A stretch of 64,000 nucleotides of DNA from Candidatus Aminicenantes bacterium (GCA_963848835.1 CAWKFB010000008.1:70168-134167), one strand, 5' to 3'. Shown: positions 8,885-17,196, numbered from the stretch's first letter. The notes: a model not told the origin generated them from the sequence alone. Made by a program: numbers and translations.

Positions 8885-9534
8885 TCGTCCGCTCGGCCGA
8901 GGCCTTCGATCCCGGCCCGCTCTTCCGCGCCTTCGCCGAGATGGCCCGGCTCAGCCGGGCGCCCGACGGCGACCGGCAGGCCGACGGTTGGGGCGCCTCT
9001 TCGCAGGCTCCGTCGGGAGCATGGCAAACGATAAAATCTCTCCGGCCGATCTGGCAGGACGGCGAAGCGCTCGATGAGATCCCGACCGGCCGGATCTTCC
9101 TCCTCCACGCCCGGAGCGCCTCGTTCTCCGATCAGAAAGAGGTGCTGGAGTTCAACCAGCCGTTCGTCGGGGGCCGTCGCGCCTTCGTCTTCAACGGTCT
9201 GCTCAAGGGCGTAGCGTTCCCGCGGCCTCTCGAAGGGCGCATCGGGGCCCAGAAGATCTGGTCGCTTCTCAAACCCGACGCGGCCGCGGGCCCGCTCGAC
9301 GAAGTCCTCTCGGCTGCCGTCCGCGAGATCACCTCGCATTCCCGGGAGATCGCCGCCCTCAACATCGGCCTCGTCGAGGACGAGAGGATCGCCGTCTATG
9401 CCCACGGCGCGGATGTCCTCCCCTATTATCATCTTTGGACCGCCGAACGGGACGGACGAACGGTCGTGTGCTCCGAGCCCCTGCCCGGACTCCCCTTCCG
9501 CCGCCTTCCGCCCGGTTCCGTCATCTCGCTCTAA
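8869..9534 (+). CDS. Class-II glutamine amidotransferase-like Ntn hydrolase (N-terminal Met-Cys)
   Basis: MCRFLIVRS..LLHARSASF..NQPFV..FVFNGLL.. shows the Cys2 nucleophile and overall pattern of the GATase_4/6 (EgtC/YafJ-like) family as I recall it. The start overlaps the lysJ 3' end by 16 nt. Confidence 0.6.
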   Translation: MCRFLIVRSAEAFDPGPLFRAFAEMARLSRAPDGDRQADGWGASSQAPSGAWQTIKSLRPIWQDGEALDEIPTGRIFLLHARSASFSDQKEVLEFNQPFVGGRRAFVFNGLLKGVAFPRPLEGRIGAQKIWSLLKPDAAAGPLDEVLSAAVREITSHSREIAALNIGLVEDERIAVYAHGADVLPYYHLWTAERDGRTVVCSEPLPGLPFRRLPPGSVISL

Positions 9535-9605
9535 TCCGACGCCGCCGCCGCTTTGATTTATTCCGAAAGCTCTCGTACATACGAGCCCGTCTTTAAGCGG
9601 TCTTC

Positions 9606-9680
9606 ATGAGCCATTCTGAAAAACTCGCCTGGCGAAGGGGTCCGTCCATAAGCGAACATCAGGAGGTTGCCCGAAGCGCC
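9606..9680 (+). repeat. Family A repeat, partial diverged module
   Basis: tgagccattctgaaaaactcgcctggcgaagggg..cataagcgaacatcaggaggttgcccgaagcgcc parallels the 5' half of A2 (tgagcgttggacgaattctgaaaaactctccgagcggaggg..ctaagcgaacatgggaggg). Confidence 0.6.
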
Positions 9681-9780
9681 CCCGAGTTTTCTTATTGATC
9701 TTCTACTCCCTGCCCCCTAACTAACATAGGGGGAATGGTCGGCGCTTCGGGAAAGGAACGAACCGGCTCGGATTCCAACG

Positions 9781-9911
9781 TGAGCGTTGGACGAATTCTG
9801 AAAAACTCTCCGAGCGGAGGGATTGCCCCTAAGCGAACATGGGAGGGAGGACCCGCGCTGCGCGGGGGGAACCCGCTCGGGTTCCCTGTGAGCGTGGGGC
9901 AATCCCGGAGC
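9781..9911 (+). repeat. Family A structured repeat, copy A2 (131 bp)
   Basis: Near-identical to 4695-4825 and ends 8 nt before the metK promoter -35 box. ORFs 9692..9955, 9717..9926 and 9735..9923 lie inside it and are considered spurious. Confidence 0.85.
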
Positions 9912-9919
9912 GAATTTTC

Positions 9920-9948
9920 TTGACATACCGGCCGTTCGGTGCTATCAA
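9920..9948 (+). promoter_or_regulatory. Candidate sigma70 promoter of the metK operon (TTGACA-17 nt-TATCAA)
   Basis: TTGACA at 9920-9925, a 17-nt spacer, and TATCAA at 9943-9948. This predicts a leader of roughly 190 nt. Confidence 0.5.
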
Positions 9949-9956
9949 ATACCACT

Positions 9957-10116
9957 TCACGGCCACTGCGGCTCGTGAACTCGATCTTTGATAACTGACT
10001 GCGGGCCGATTTGAGGTCTATTGCAGCCGCAAAAAAAAGGTGCTAAAAAACCGAGCCGACAACGGAATCAGAAAAGTCGCCTGGCACGGGAGTATTCAGT
10101 GCCGGGCTTTTTTTTT
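9957..10116 (+). promoter_or_regulatory. metK 5' leader, candidate SAM-responsive riboswitch/attenuator (class not assigned)
   Basis: A long untranslated leader ends in an intrinsic terminator 27 nt before the metK ATG. It contains CGAUUUGAGGUCUAUUGCAGCCGCAAAAAAAAGGUGCUAAAAAACC, which recalls the SAM-II/V core from memory (CGAUUU, UUGC, GCUAAAAA). An alternative CGAC/GUCG pairing overlaps the terminator 5' arm. Confidence 0.35.
10079..10116 (+). terminator. Intrinsic terminator (attenuator) in the metK leader
   Basis: A 9-bp stem gcctggcac / gtgccgggc (one G-U pair) with an 11-nt loop, followed by T9 (10108-10116). Confidence 0.75.
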
Positions 10117-10143
10117 GGAATGAAAAGACAGGAGGATCGTTGC

Positions 10144-11304
10144 ATGAATGAAAAAGAGTATTTGTTCACTTCCGAGTCCGTGTCCGAAGGCCATCCCGAC
10201 AAGATGGCGGACCAGATCTCGGACGCCATCCTGGACGCCCACATCGCCCAGGACCCCCAGGCCCACGTGGCCTGCGAGACGCTTCTGACCAAGAACATCG
10301 TCGTCGTCGCGGGTGAGATCACCTCGAAGGCGAAGATTTCGGTCGCCAAGATCGTCCGGAAGACGATCGAGGGGATCGGATACACGTCCCGGTCGCTCGG
10401 CTGCGACGCCAAGAGCGCCGAGATCGTCAACCATCTCCACCGCCAGTCGGCCAACATCAACAACGCCGTGGTCAAGAAGGGCGGCGAGCTCGGCGCCGGA
10501 GACCAGGGGCTCATGTTCGGTTTCGCCTGCGACGAGACGCCCGAGCTCATGCCCCTCCCGATCATGCTCGCCCACCGGCTCGTCGAGAAGCAAGCCGAGG
10601 TCCGGAAGGCCGGCGTCATCGACTGGCTCGGCCCCGACGCCAAATCCCAGGTCACGATCCATTACAAGGGCCACACGCCCGTCGCCGTCGAGCGGATCGT
10701 CCTCTCCACCCAGCACCGCAAGGGCGTCGACCACGCCACGATCGAGCGCGAGGTCCTCAAGCACATCGTCCACCCGGCCATCCCGGACGCCTGGCTTTCC
10801 AAGGACATCAAGTATTTCATCAATCCCTCGGGCAACTTCTTCATCGGCGGCCCGCAGGGCGACACGGGGCTGACCGGCCGCAAGATCATCGTCGACACCT
10901 ACGGCGGGAGCTGCCCCCACGGCGGCGGCGCCTTCTCCGGGAAGGACCCTACGAAAGTTGACCGGAGCGCGGCCTACGCGGCCCGCTACATCGCCAAGAA
11001 CATCGTCGCCGCCGGCCTGGCGACCCGCTGCACGGTCCAGCTCGCCTATGCCATCGGCGTGGCCGAGCCCCTCTCCCTCATGCTCAACCTTCATGGCGAG
11101 CGCAAGGTCGAGGAGCGGGAGGCCGAGCAGGCCGTCCGGAAGATCTTCCAGGTCAGGCCGAAGGGCATGATCGACATGCTCAAGCTGCTGCGCCCGATCT
11201 ACCAGAAGACCGCCGCTTACGGCCATTTCGGCCGGGAGCTCCCCGAGTTCACCTGGGAGAAGACCGACAAAGTCGCCGAGCTCAAGAAATACTTCAACCT
11301 ATGA
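10144..11304 (+). CDS. metK: S-adenosylmethionine synthetase
   Basis: [63 protein letters not shown] is canonical MetK. An AGGAGGA RBS lies at 10130-10136. Confidence 0.97.
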   Translation: MNEKEYLFTSESVSEGHPDKMADQISDAILDAHIAQDPQAHVACETLLTKNIVVVAGEITSKAKISVAKIVRKTIEGIGYTSRSLGCDAKSAEIVNHLHRQSANINNAVVKKGGELGAGDQGLMFGFACDETPELMPLPIMLAHRLVEKQAEVRKAGVIDWLGPDAKSQVTIHYKGHTPVAVERIVLSTQHRKGVDHATIEREVLKHIVHPAIPDAWLSKDIKYFINPSGNFFIGGPQGDTGLTGRKIIVDTYGGSCPHGGGAFSGKDPTKVDRSAAYAARYIAKNIVAAGLATRCTVQLAYAIGVAEPLSLMLNLHGERKVEEREAEQAVRKIFQVRPKGMIDMLKLLRPIYQKTAAYGHFGRELPEFTWEKTDKVAELKKYFNL

Positions 11305-11690
11305 CGGATTTCGATTACACCGTCGCCACGGCCAAGCCGTTCGACGAAGCGGTCGCCGCCGTCGAGAAGGCGAGCCAGGACAAGGGGTTTCGCGTCCTCC
11401 ATGTCCATGACGTCCAGGCCACGCTGGCGGCGAAAGGGTTCGAGCGGGGCCCGCTCAAGATCATCGAGGTTTGCAGCGCCAAGTTCGCCCACGAGGCCCT
11501 GGAGCGGGACATCAAGACGGCCCTGATGCTGCCCTGCCCGATCGTGGTTTATGTCCGGGAGGGCGCGACCGTCATCAGCGCGCTCCGCCCCGCGGTCATC
11601 AAGGACTTCTACCCGGAGGCGGGGCTCGATAGCCTGGCGGCCGCCGTGGACGCCGTCGTCCGCGCCATCGTCGACGAAGCGGCGAAATAG
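11301..11690 (+). CDS. DUF302 domain-containing protein
   Basis: 129 aa: [57 protein letters not shown]. The start overlaps the metK stop (ATGA). Confidence 0.7.
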   Translation: MTDFDYTVATAKPFDEAVAAVEKASQDKGFRVLHVHDVQATLAAKGFERGPLKIIEVCSAKFAHEALERDIKTALMLPCPIVVYVREGATVISALRPAVIKDFYPEAGLDSLAAAVDAVVRAIVDEAAK

Positions 11691-11698
11691 CGGAGCGC

Positions 11699-11947
11699 AT
11701 GCCCGACGACCCCCATCGCGAGATCCGCTGCCCTCTCTGCGGCGGCCGGATGGTGCGCGGCAAAGCACAATCCGAAAAACCACAGAGAGGCCGGATGGCC
11801 TGGTCCTGTCAGGGGGAATATGCCGAGGCCAAGACGGCCGGGCCCGCGGACGAAAAAGAACCCGGCCCGGCCGGGAAGGGCGATCGCGAAACCTTCCGCT
11901 GCCTTTATTGCTCCGCCGTCCTGATCGGCCCGGACCGCTGGTCGTGA
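11699..11947 (+). CDS. Small zinc-ribbon-like hypothetical protein
   Basis: 82 aa with CPLCGG and CLYCS pairs. Its stop overlaps the next start (GTGA). Coding status is uncertain. Confidence 0.4.
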   Translation: MPDDPHREIRCPLCGGRMVRGKAQSEKPQRGRMAWSCQGEYAEAKTAGPADEKEPGPAGKGDRETFRCLYCSAVLIGPDRWS

Positions 11948-12561
11948 ACGGCCCGATCCCCCCGCCAGGCGCCCGTCTCTTCAAGACGCGCGAGGCCTGG
12001 CGGAAATGGCTCGTCCGCAACCACGCCCGGAAAAGCGAGATCTGGCTCGTTTATTATAAGAAGGGCTCGGGAAAAACTTCGGTCACATACAACGAAGCCC
12101 TCGAAGAGGCCCTCTGCTTCGGTTGGATCGATTCGACCGTCCGCACGATCGACGCCGAGCGCTACGCTCAGCGCTACACGCCCCGCAAAGCCTCGAGCAT
12201 CTGGTCGGTTCGCAACAAGAAGCTCGTCCTCAAGCTCAAGGCCGAGGGCCGGATGACCCAGGCGGGCTGGGCCAAGGTCCTCGTCGCCCGGCGGAACGGC
12301 CAATGGAAAGCCCTGGACAAGGTCGACCTCCGGCTCGAACCTCCCGAGGATTTCCTCCAGGCGCTGAGCGCGGCGGGGGCGGGCGAGGCCTTCGAGAAGC
12401 TCCCCATTTCGCCGAAAAAAATGTTCGTCTGGTGGATCATCGAGGCCAAGCGGCCTGAGACGCGGGAGCGCCGGATCGGGATCGCCGTCCGGATGATCCG
12501 GGCCGGCCAAAGGCCGGGGATCGGCGGGATGCGCTTGCTTGAAGGCGGGGAATCGAAATAA
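11944..12561 (+). CDS. YdeI/OmpD-associated family protein
   Basis: GTG start. ..FKTREAWRKWLVRNHARKSEIWLVYYKKGSGKTSVTYNEALEEALCFGWIDS..ERRIGIAVRMI matches the YdeI-type family as I recall it. Confidence 0.65.
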   Translation: MNGPIPPPGARLFKTREAWRKWLVRNHARKSEIWLVYYKKGSGKTSVTYNEALEEALCFGWIDSTVRTIDAERYAQRYTPRKASSIWSVRNKKLVLKLKAEGRMTQAGWAKVLVARRNGQWKALDKVDLRLEPPEDFLQALSAAGAGEAFEKLPISPKKMFVWWIIEAKRPETRERRIGIAVRMIRAGQRPGIGGMRLLEGGESK

Positions 12562-12600
12562 ACTAGATCCTCGGACGGAACCAAAACCAAGGAGGACCCC

Positions 12601-13644
12601 ATGCCCAAGACCGCAGCGCCTGAGAAAACCCTCGCGATCGACCCGAACATCCAGATCGTCATCGCCGGGGGCGGAGGCTTCATCGGAGGAAACCTGGCCC
12701 GCTATTTCTGGAACAAAGGCTTCCGGAAGATCCGGGCCGTCGACAAGAAACCCCTGACCGAGTGGTACCAGCGGGCGCCGGGGACGGAGTGCCTCTGCCT
12801 CGACCTGAGCATCGAGAAGAACTGCCGCAGGGCCGTCGAGGGCGCGGACGAGGTCTACCAGCTCGCCGCCGACATGGGCGGGATGGGCTTCATCGAGAAA
12901 TTCCGGATCGAATGCCTGCGCAGCGTCCTGATCAACACCCACATGATCGAGTCGGCCTATCGGGCCGGCTGCAGCCGCTATTTCTACTCCTCCTCCGCCT
13001 GCGTCTACAACACCGACCTCCAGAAGGATCCCAAGGTCAAGGCCCTGAAGGAAAGCGACGCCTATCCGGCCATGGCCGAGCGCGGCTACGGTTGGGAGAA
13101 GCTCATCTCGGAGATGTTCTGCCAGGAATACTGGGCCGAGCGGAAGATGAAGACCTTCATCGCCCGCTTCCACAACGTTTACGGTCCGTGGGGCACTTGG
13201 GACGGCGGCCGGGAGAAGGCGCCCGCCGCGCTGTGCCGCAAGATCATCAAGGCCGTCGACGACGGAACGAACGCGATCGAAATCTGGGGCGACGGGACGC
13301 GGACGCGGAGCTTCATGTACATCGACGACTGCGTCAAGGGGATCGACATGATCACCCACACCGACGCTCTCATCGCCACCCCGATCAACCTGGGGACGAG
13401 CGAGCTCGTCACCGTCAACCGGCTCGTCTCGATCATCGAGAAGATCGCCGGGGTGAAGATCAAGAGGAACTACGACCTGACCGCCCCGCAGGGCGTCCAC
13501 GGCCGCAACTCCGACAACCGGTTCATCCGCAAGGTCCTCGGCTGGGAGCCCAAGACGCCGCTCAAGGACGGCCTGGCCGTGACCTACGCCTGGATCAAGG
13601 ATCAGTACGAAGCCCGCAAGACGGGCCGGCATTACGTCTTGTGA
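12601..13644 (+). CDS. NAD-dependent epimerase, GDP-mannose 3,5-epimerase-like
   Basis: GGGGFIGGNL Rossmann motif. ..SSSACVYN..LKESDAYPAMAERGYGWEKL..ARFHNVYGPWGTWDGGREKAPAALCRK.. closely parallels plant/bacterial GME as I recall it. Confidence 0.75.
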   Translation: MPKTAAPEKTLAIDPNIQIVIAGGGGFIGGNLARYFWNKGFRKIRAVDKKPLTEWYQRAPGTECLCLDLSIEKNCRRAVEGADEVYQLAADMGGMGFIEKFRIECLRSVLINTHMIESAYRAGCSRYFYSSSACVYNTDLQKDPKVKALKESDAYPAMAERGYGWEKLISEMFCQEYWAERKMKTFIARFHNVYGPWGTWDGGREKAPAALCRKIIKAVDDGTNAIEIWGDGTRTRSFMYIDDCVKGIDMITHTDALIATPINLGTSELVTVNRLVSIIEKIAGVKIKRNYDLTAPQGVHGRNSDNRFIRKVLGWEPKTPLKDGLAVTYAWIKDQYEARKTGRHYVL

Positions 13645-15299
13645 CAAGGACGATTCTCGACGCGGACGGCGACGTCATCGTCTACGGCCGCGGCCGGATG
13701 GGCGGCAAGGGGGCGGGCCTCGCCCGGATCGCCGAGACGCCGGCCCTGCGGGCCCGGAAGCTCCCGACCCGCATCCTGACCACGTCGATCTACGACCGCT
13801 ATATCGGCCTCGGCGGACGGTTCGACGATCAGGACGTCCGGACCCTGGCCGGGATTCTCGAGGAGCTGGGCGGGACGCCGATCAGCATCCGCTCCTCGGC
13901 GACGGACGAAGCCGGCGTGGCCGAGGGCGAGCCGGCCGTCCTGCGGGCCGGCGAGAACGCCTCGTTCATGCTCCCGAACAACCATCCCTCCTTCGGCCGG
14001 CGCTTCTCCCAGCTCCTCCTGGCCGTCCACTTCGTCTACCAGGACTTCCTGCGCAAGCAGCCGCCCGGCGGGACCGAGAAGATGGCTATCGTGATCAACC
14101 CCATCCCCGGCGTGTTCGAGGAGACGGACGCCGGACCGATCTATTTCCCGCTCGTCTCCGGCGTGGCTAACTCCCATTTTCCCTACGCCCTGAAAACGCA
14201 GGACCCGCGCGACGGGTTCGCCCGCCTGGCCTTCGGCCACGGATACGCCACAGTCCTCGACCAGTTCCCCGTCATCGCCATGGCCACGATCCGCGACCCC
14301 GTCCCCCTCCGGATGATGGGGCCGGGCCAGCGCCAATTCTACGCCCTCGACATGACGAAGAACGAGACGCTCTCCGGAGAGGAGCTCGAAACCATGCGGC
14401 TCCTCAGCGTCCGCTTCGCGCCCCGCTCCCGGCGCGAACCCCTCGGTCTGGACAAGGACACGATCACCTTCGCCGGCCCGGTCGAGGAAAACCGCTTCGG
14501 CTTCCGTGACGGCCTGCTCGAGATCATGGACGCCCTCCGGGGAGCGACGCGCGGCGAATTCCAGATCGAGTTCGTCTTCAACCTCGTCCCCGGGCCGGAC
14601 GGACCGGAGGGAGTGTTCCATGTCGTCCAATTGACCGAGTTCCCGGATTTCGCCCACGAGCCGCTTCGCTTCCCCGATCCGCCCGGCCGCGTCTATATTG
14701 CGGCCCGGAGCTTCCAGGGACACGGAGTCAAACCGGACATCCGGGCCGCCGTCGTCGTCTCCCCCTTCCTCTACCGCGCGGACCGGCGGCTCGAGGTCAA
14801 GGCCCGGATCGCCGGATTGAACGCGGCGTTCAAGGCGAAGGGGGAACGATTCATCATGGTCGTGCCCGGCCGTCTCGGCAGCGGCAATCCGGAGTGGGGG
14901 ATCCCGGCGGATTTCCGGGACATCGACCAGGCCGCGGCCATCTTCGAGTACGGCGTCGATGTAGCCGCCCGGGCCGAGCCGCTCCGCGAGCCCGAAGAGC
15001 TCTCCAAGGGCGGGATCTACGGCAGCCATTTCCTCTACATGATCCAAGGGGGATACGACGAGGATCAGAAGCGCCTCCGGACGCGGATGTACGGAACGCA
15101 GGGGACCCATTTCCTGACCAACCTGGTCGGGCAGAACATCATCTACGGTTTCGTCTCCCCTCTCGAGGACATATTCGATCCCTGGTTCTTCCAGCCGGCC
15201 GAAGGGGACGGACCGGCCTACGTCCGGACCTTTTCCCGGCCCGTAACGCTCTTCGCGGATTCGACGGTCCCCCGCTGCCTCGTCGCGGAGCCGGCATGA
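13641..15299 (+). CDS. PEP/pyruvate-binding (PPDK_N ATP-grasp-like) domain protein, no swivel or PEP-utilizer domains recognised
   Basis: The GTG start overlaps the epimerase stop (GTGA). The N-terminal ..GRGRMGGKGAGLARIAE.. resembles the PPS/PPDK nucleotide-binding domain. The rest has no motif I can assign. Confidence 0.55.
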   Translation: MTRTILDADGDVIVYGRGRMGGKGAGLARIAETPALRARKLPTRILTTSIYDRYIGLGGRFDDQDVRTLAGILEELGGTPISIRSSATDEAGVAEGEPAVLRAGENASFMLPNNHPSFGRRFSQLLLAVHFVYQDFLRKQPPGGTEKMAIVINPIPGVFEETDAGPIYFPLVSGVANSHFPYALKTQDPRDGFARLAFGHGYATVLDQFPVIAMATIRDPVPLRMMGPGQRQFYALDMTKNETLSGEELETMRLLSVRFAPRSRREPLGLDKDTITFAGPVEENRFGFRDGLLEIMDALRGATRGEFQIEFVFNLVPGPDGPEGVFHVVQLTEFPDFAHEPLRFPDPPGRVYIAARSFQGHGVKPDIRAAVVVSPFLYRADRRLEVKARIAGLNAAFKAKGERFIMVVPGRLGSGNPEWGIPADFRDIDQAAAIFEYGVDVAARAEPLREPEELSKGGIYGSHFLYMIQGGYDEDQKRLRTRMYGTQGTHFLTNLVGQNIIYGFVSPLEDIFDPWFFQPAEGDGPAYVRTFSRPVTLFADSTVPRCLVAEPA

Positions 15300-16711
15300 T
15301 CCCCGAAGCCGCCTACGAGCCCCGCGTCCTCAACCCGGTCCGGTTCTCCCGGGCCGTCATCTTCGCCGCCGACGAGAGCGTGCGCCGGGCGGGCGACTCC
15401 CTGGCCGAAAGCATGCCCTGGACGAAGGTGGAGATCGGCCGCGGACCGTTCGCGCCCGGCCGGGGCGCGGACGGCGGGGCGACGGTCCGCGTCTTCGACG
15501 ACGCCGGGCTCATCGTCTCGGAGACGGGGCGGGCCATGGAGGGAGCGGCGGACGAGCTGAGCGTCCTCCTCACCTTCAACGACTTCATCCAGGGCTCGCC
15601 GCCGGCGGAGGCCAAAGAGAAATACCCCTATACCGCCAAAGCCGACCTCGTCTTCGCCGTCGACCGGGCCGACGTCACCCCGGCGGCCATCATCGGCCCG
15701 GCCGCCCGCGCCGCCGAGGACCTCCTCAACATCCGGAAATATGCGCGCGAGCGGCGCTTCATCTTCCTGATCGTGGACGACGAGCCGCGCTGGTTCTCCC
15801 AGTTCCTCCCCGTCCTCTACGGGATCATCGGCCAGCGGGCCGACGTGCTCCTGGCCCGGACGTTCGAGGAGGCCCTCGAAGCCCTCTTCGGCGTCGTCCG
15901 GGCGGGCGAGATCGACCGGGCCCGCTTCAGGGAGCGCGGCCGCGGCGACGACGTCATCGGGTTGATCACGGACCTCTTCTTTCCCAAGGGCGGGACGCCC
16001 GCCGGCCCGGCCGGCCGGGAATTGATCGGGCTCGTCCGGGAATACTATCCCCGCATCCCCGTCATCGTCGCCTCGAAGGATAAGTCGGCCGAGGATCTCA
16101 AAGGCGAGGCGTTCATCCTGCCCAAGGGCGATCCGGGAAGCGCCTGGATCCTCCGGGACGCCATCCACGACCACACGGGCATGGGCAATTTCACGGCCAC
16201 GGCCCCGGGCGCGGACGAAGCGATCCGCGTCCGCGACATCAAGGAGATGAACGACCTCCTGCTCGAGGCCGCCCGCGACACGAAGCGCGGGGCGGGGCTG
16301 CGCCGCGTGCTCGAGCGCGCGGCCGAGCGGGACGCCTTCTCGACCTGGTTCTACATGCACGGATTCCCGAGGCTGGGGGACGTCCTGCGCCCGCGCCAGG
16401 ATCGCGGCTTCGCCATGGTCCACGAGCTCCTGACCGAGATCGAGAAGGAGCGGACGATCATCGAAGCGACTCCGCTCGTCATCGACGGAGAGCGCATCTT
16501 CAGCCTCGAAGAGCTGTCCGCGGTCCTCAAGCGCGTCGACCCGGCCCGCATTCAGCCCCTCTCCGATCGCGACGTCTTCTCGACCTGGCTCGAGCGCAAG
16601 GGCTTTTCCGGGCTGGCCGAGGATCTGCGCCCGATCCACGGCAGCGGCGAGCGCCTCCGCGAAATCCTCTCCCGGACGGTCGAGGATTGGATCCGGACCC
16701 ACGGCGCCTAA
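15296..16711 (+). CDS. Receiver (REC)-like domain protein with duplicated C-terminal FSTW motif
   Basis: The ATG overlaps the upstream stop (ATGA). A central segment RRFIFLIVDDEPRWF..VIGLITDLFFPKGG..IPVIVASKD..ILPKGD looks like a CheY-type receiver. The C-terminus repeats DAFSTWFYMHGFPRLGDVLRP and DVFSTWLERKGFSGLAEDLRP. Confidence 0.5.
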   Translation: MIPEAAYEPRVLNPVRFSRAVIFAADESVRRAGDSLAESMPWTKVEIGRGPFAPGRGADGGATVRVFDDAGLIVSETGRAMEGAADELSVLLTFNDFIQGSPPAEAKEKYPYTAKADLVFAVDRADVTPAAIIGPAARAAEDLLNIRKYARERRFIFLIVDDEPRWFSQFLPVLYGIIGQRADVLLARTFEEALEALFGVVRAGEIDRARFRERGRGDDVIGLITDLFFPKGGTPAGPAGRELIGLVREYYPRIPVIVASKDKSAEDLKGEAFILPKGDPGSAWILRDAIHDHTGMGNFTATAPGADEAIRVRDIKEMNDLLLEAARDTKRGAGLRRVLERAAERDAFSTWFYMHGFPRLGDVLRPRQDRGFAMVHELLTEIEKERTIIEATPLVIDGERIFSLEELSAVLKRVDPARIQPLSDRDVFSTWLERKGFSGLAEDLRPIHGSGERLREILSRTVEDWIRTHGA

Positions 16712-16736
16712 CGCCGGGCCGGATGTTGTCCCCAAT

Positions 16737-16916
16737 TGAAAAGGGCAACAGATGTGTTTTCCCCCTTTGGAAAAGGGGGACGAAGGGGGGATGCGCATTC
16801 CGTTCCTTTAATTTTTTAGTTTTAGGAACGGAATGCTTCCAGGGGGCTGGCGCCCCCTCGGCGCTTCGCTGACCCTCCTTGGGCAGGGCTTGTGGCCCCG
16901 CCCAAATAAATCAAAA
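16737..16916 (-). repeat. Composite repeat, family C (16737-16790) plus family B (16790-16916), inverted relative to the other copies
   Basis: The reverse complement matches 48697-48823 (B3) and the core of 48834-48917 (C3). Hairpins are gggcaggg..ccctgccc, aggggg c..gccccct, gcattccgttcc..ggaacggaatgc and ccccctttggaaaaggggg. Confidence 0.85.
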
Positions 16917-17196
16917 GAGCCGGAACCTGTCCACAAAGGGGGGAACCCATAAAAGGCTTGAAGAGCCTGTAAAGTTTTTAGGCGGCCCGGAGGTTCGAAC
17001 CGGCGCGAGACGTCAAGGATTTTAACAGGTGTCTTCTATTTGGGACGTTTGAACGGCGCGTACGGGGCCGGCATCAGGGGAAAATTGGTTTGGGAGGTTG
17101 GTATATTTAATGCTGTGTCTTTCTTGAAGCGTCTTTTGCCGGCGAGGTTTGACTTTTTCGACGGCCCGGCGCAAAGTGAAAGTTGGGAATAAGCGC

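Noticed and set aside
9692-9955. ORFs lying inside repeat elements (9692..9955, 9717..9926, 9735..9923, 16687..16872, 27398..27895, 48610..48831) as possible repeat-encoded peptides.
   Set aside because: Copies of the same repeat differ by indels that change the reading frame and occur in both orientations, so no peptide is conserved. There are no RBS or start signals. The hairpin structure explains the conservation better.
16960-17010. tRNA-like T-loop motif (ggaggttcgaaccgg), considered as a tRNA gene or an integration-site remnant.
   Set aside because: I could not fold a cloverleaf on either strand. There is no matching acceptor stem and no D or anticodon arms, and no integrase lies nearby.
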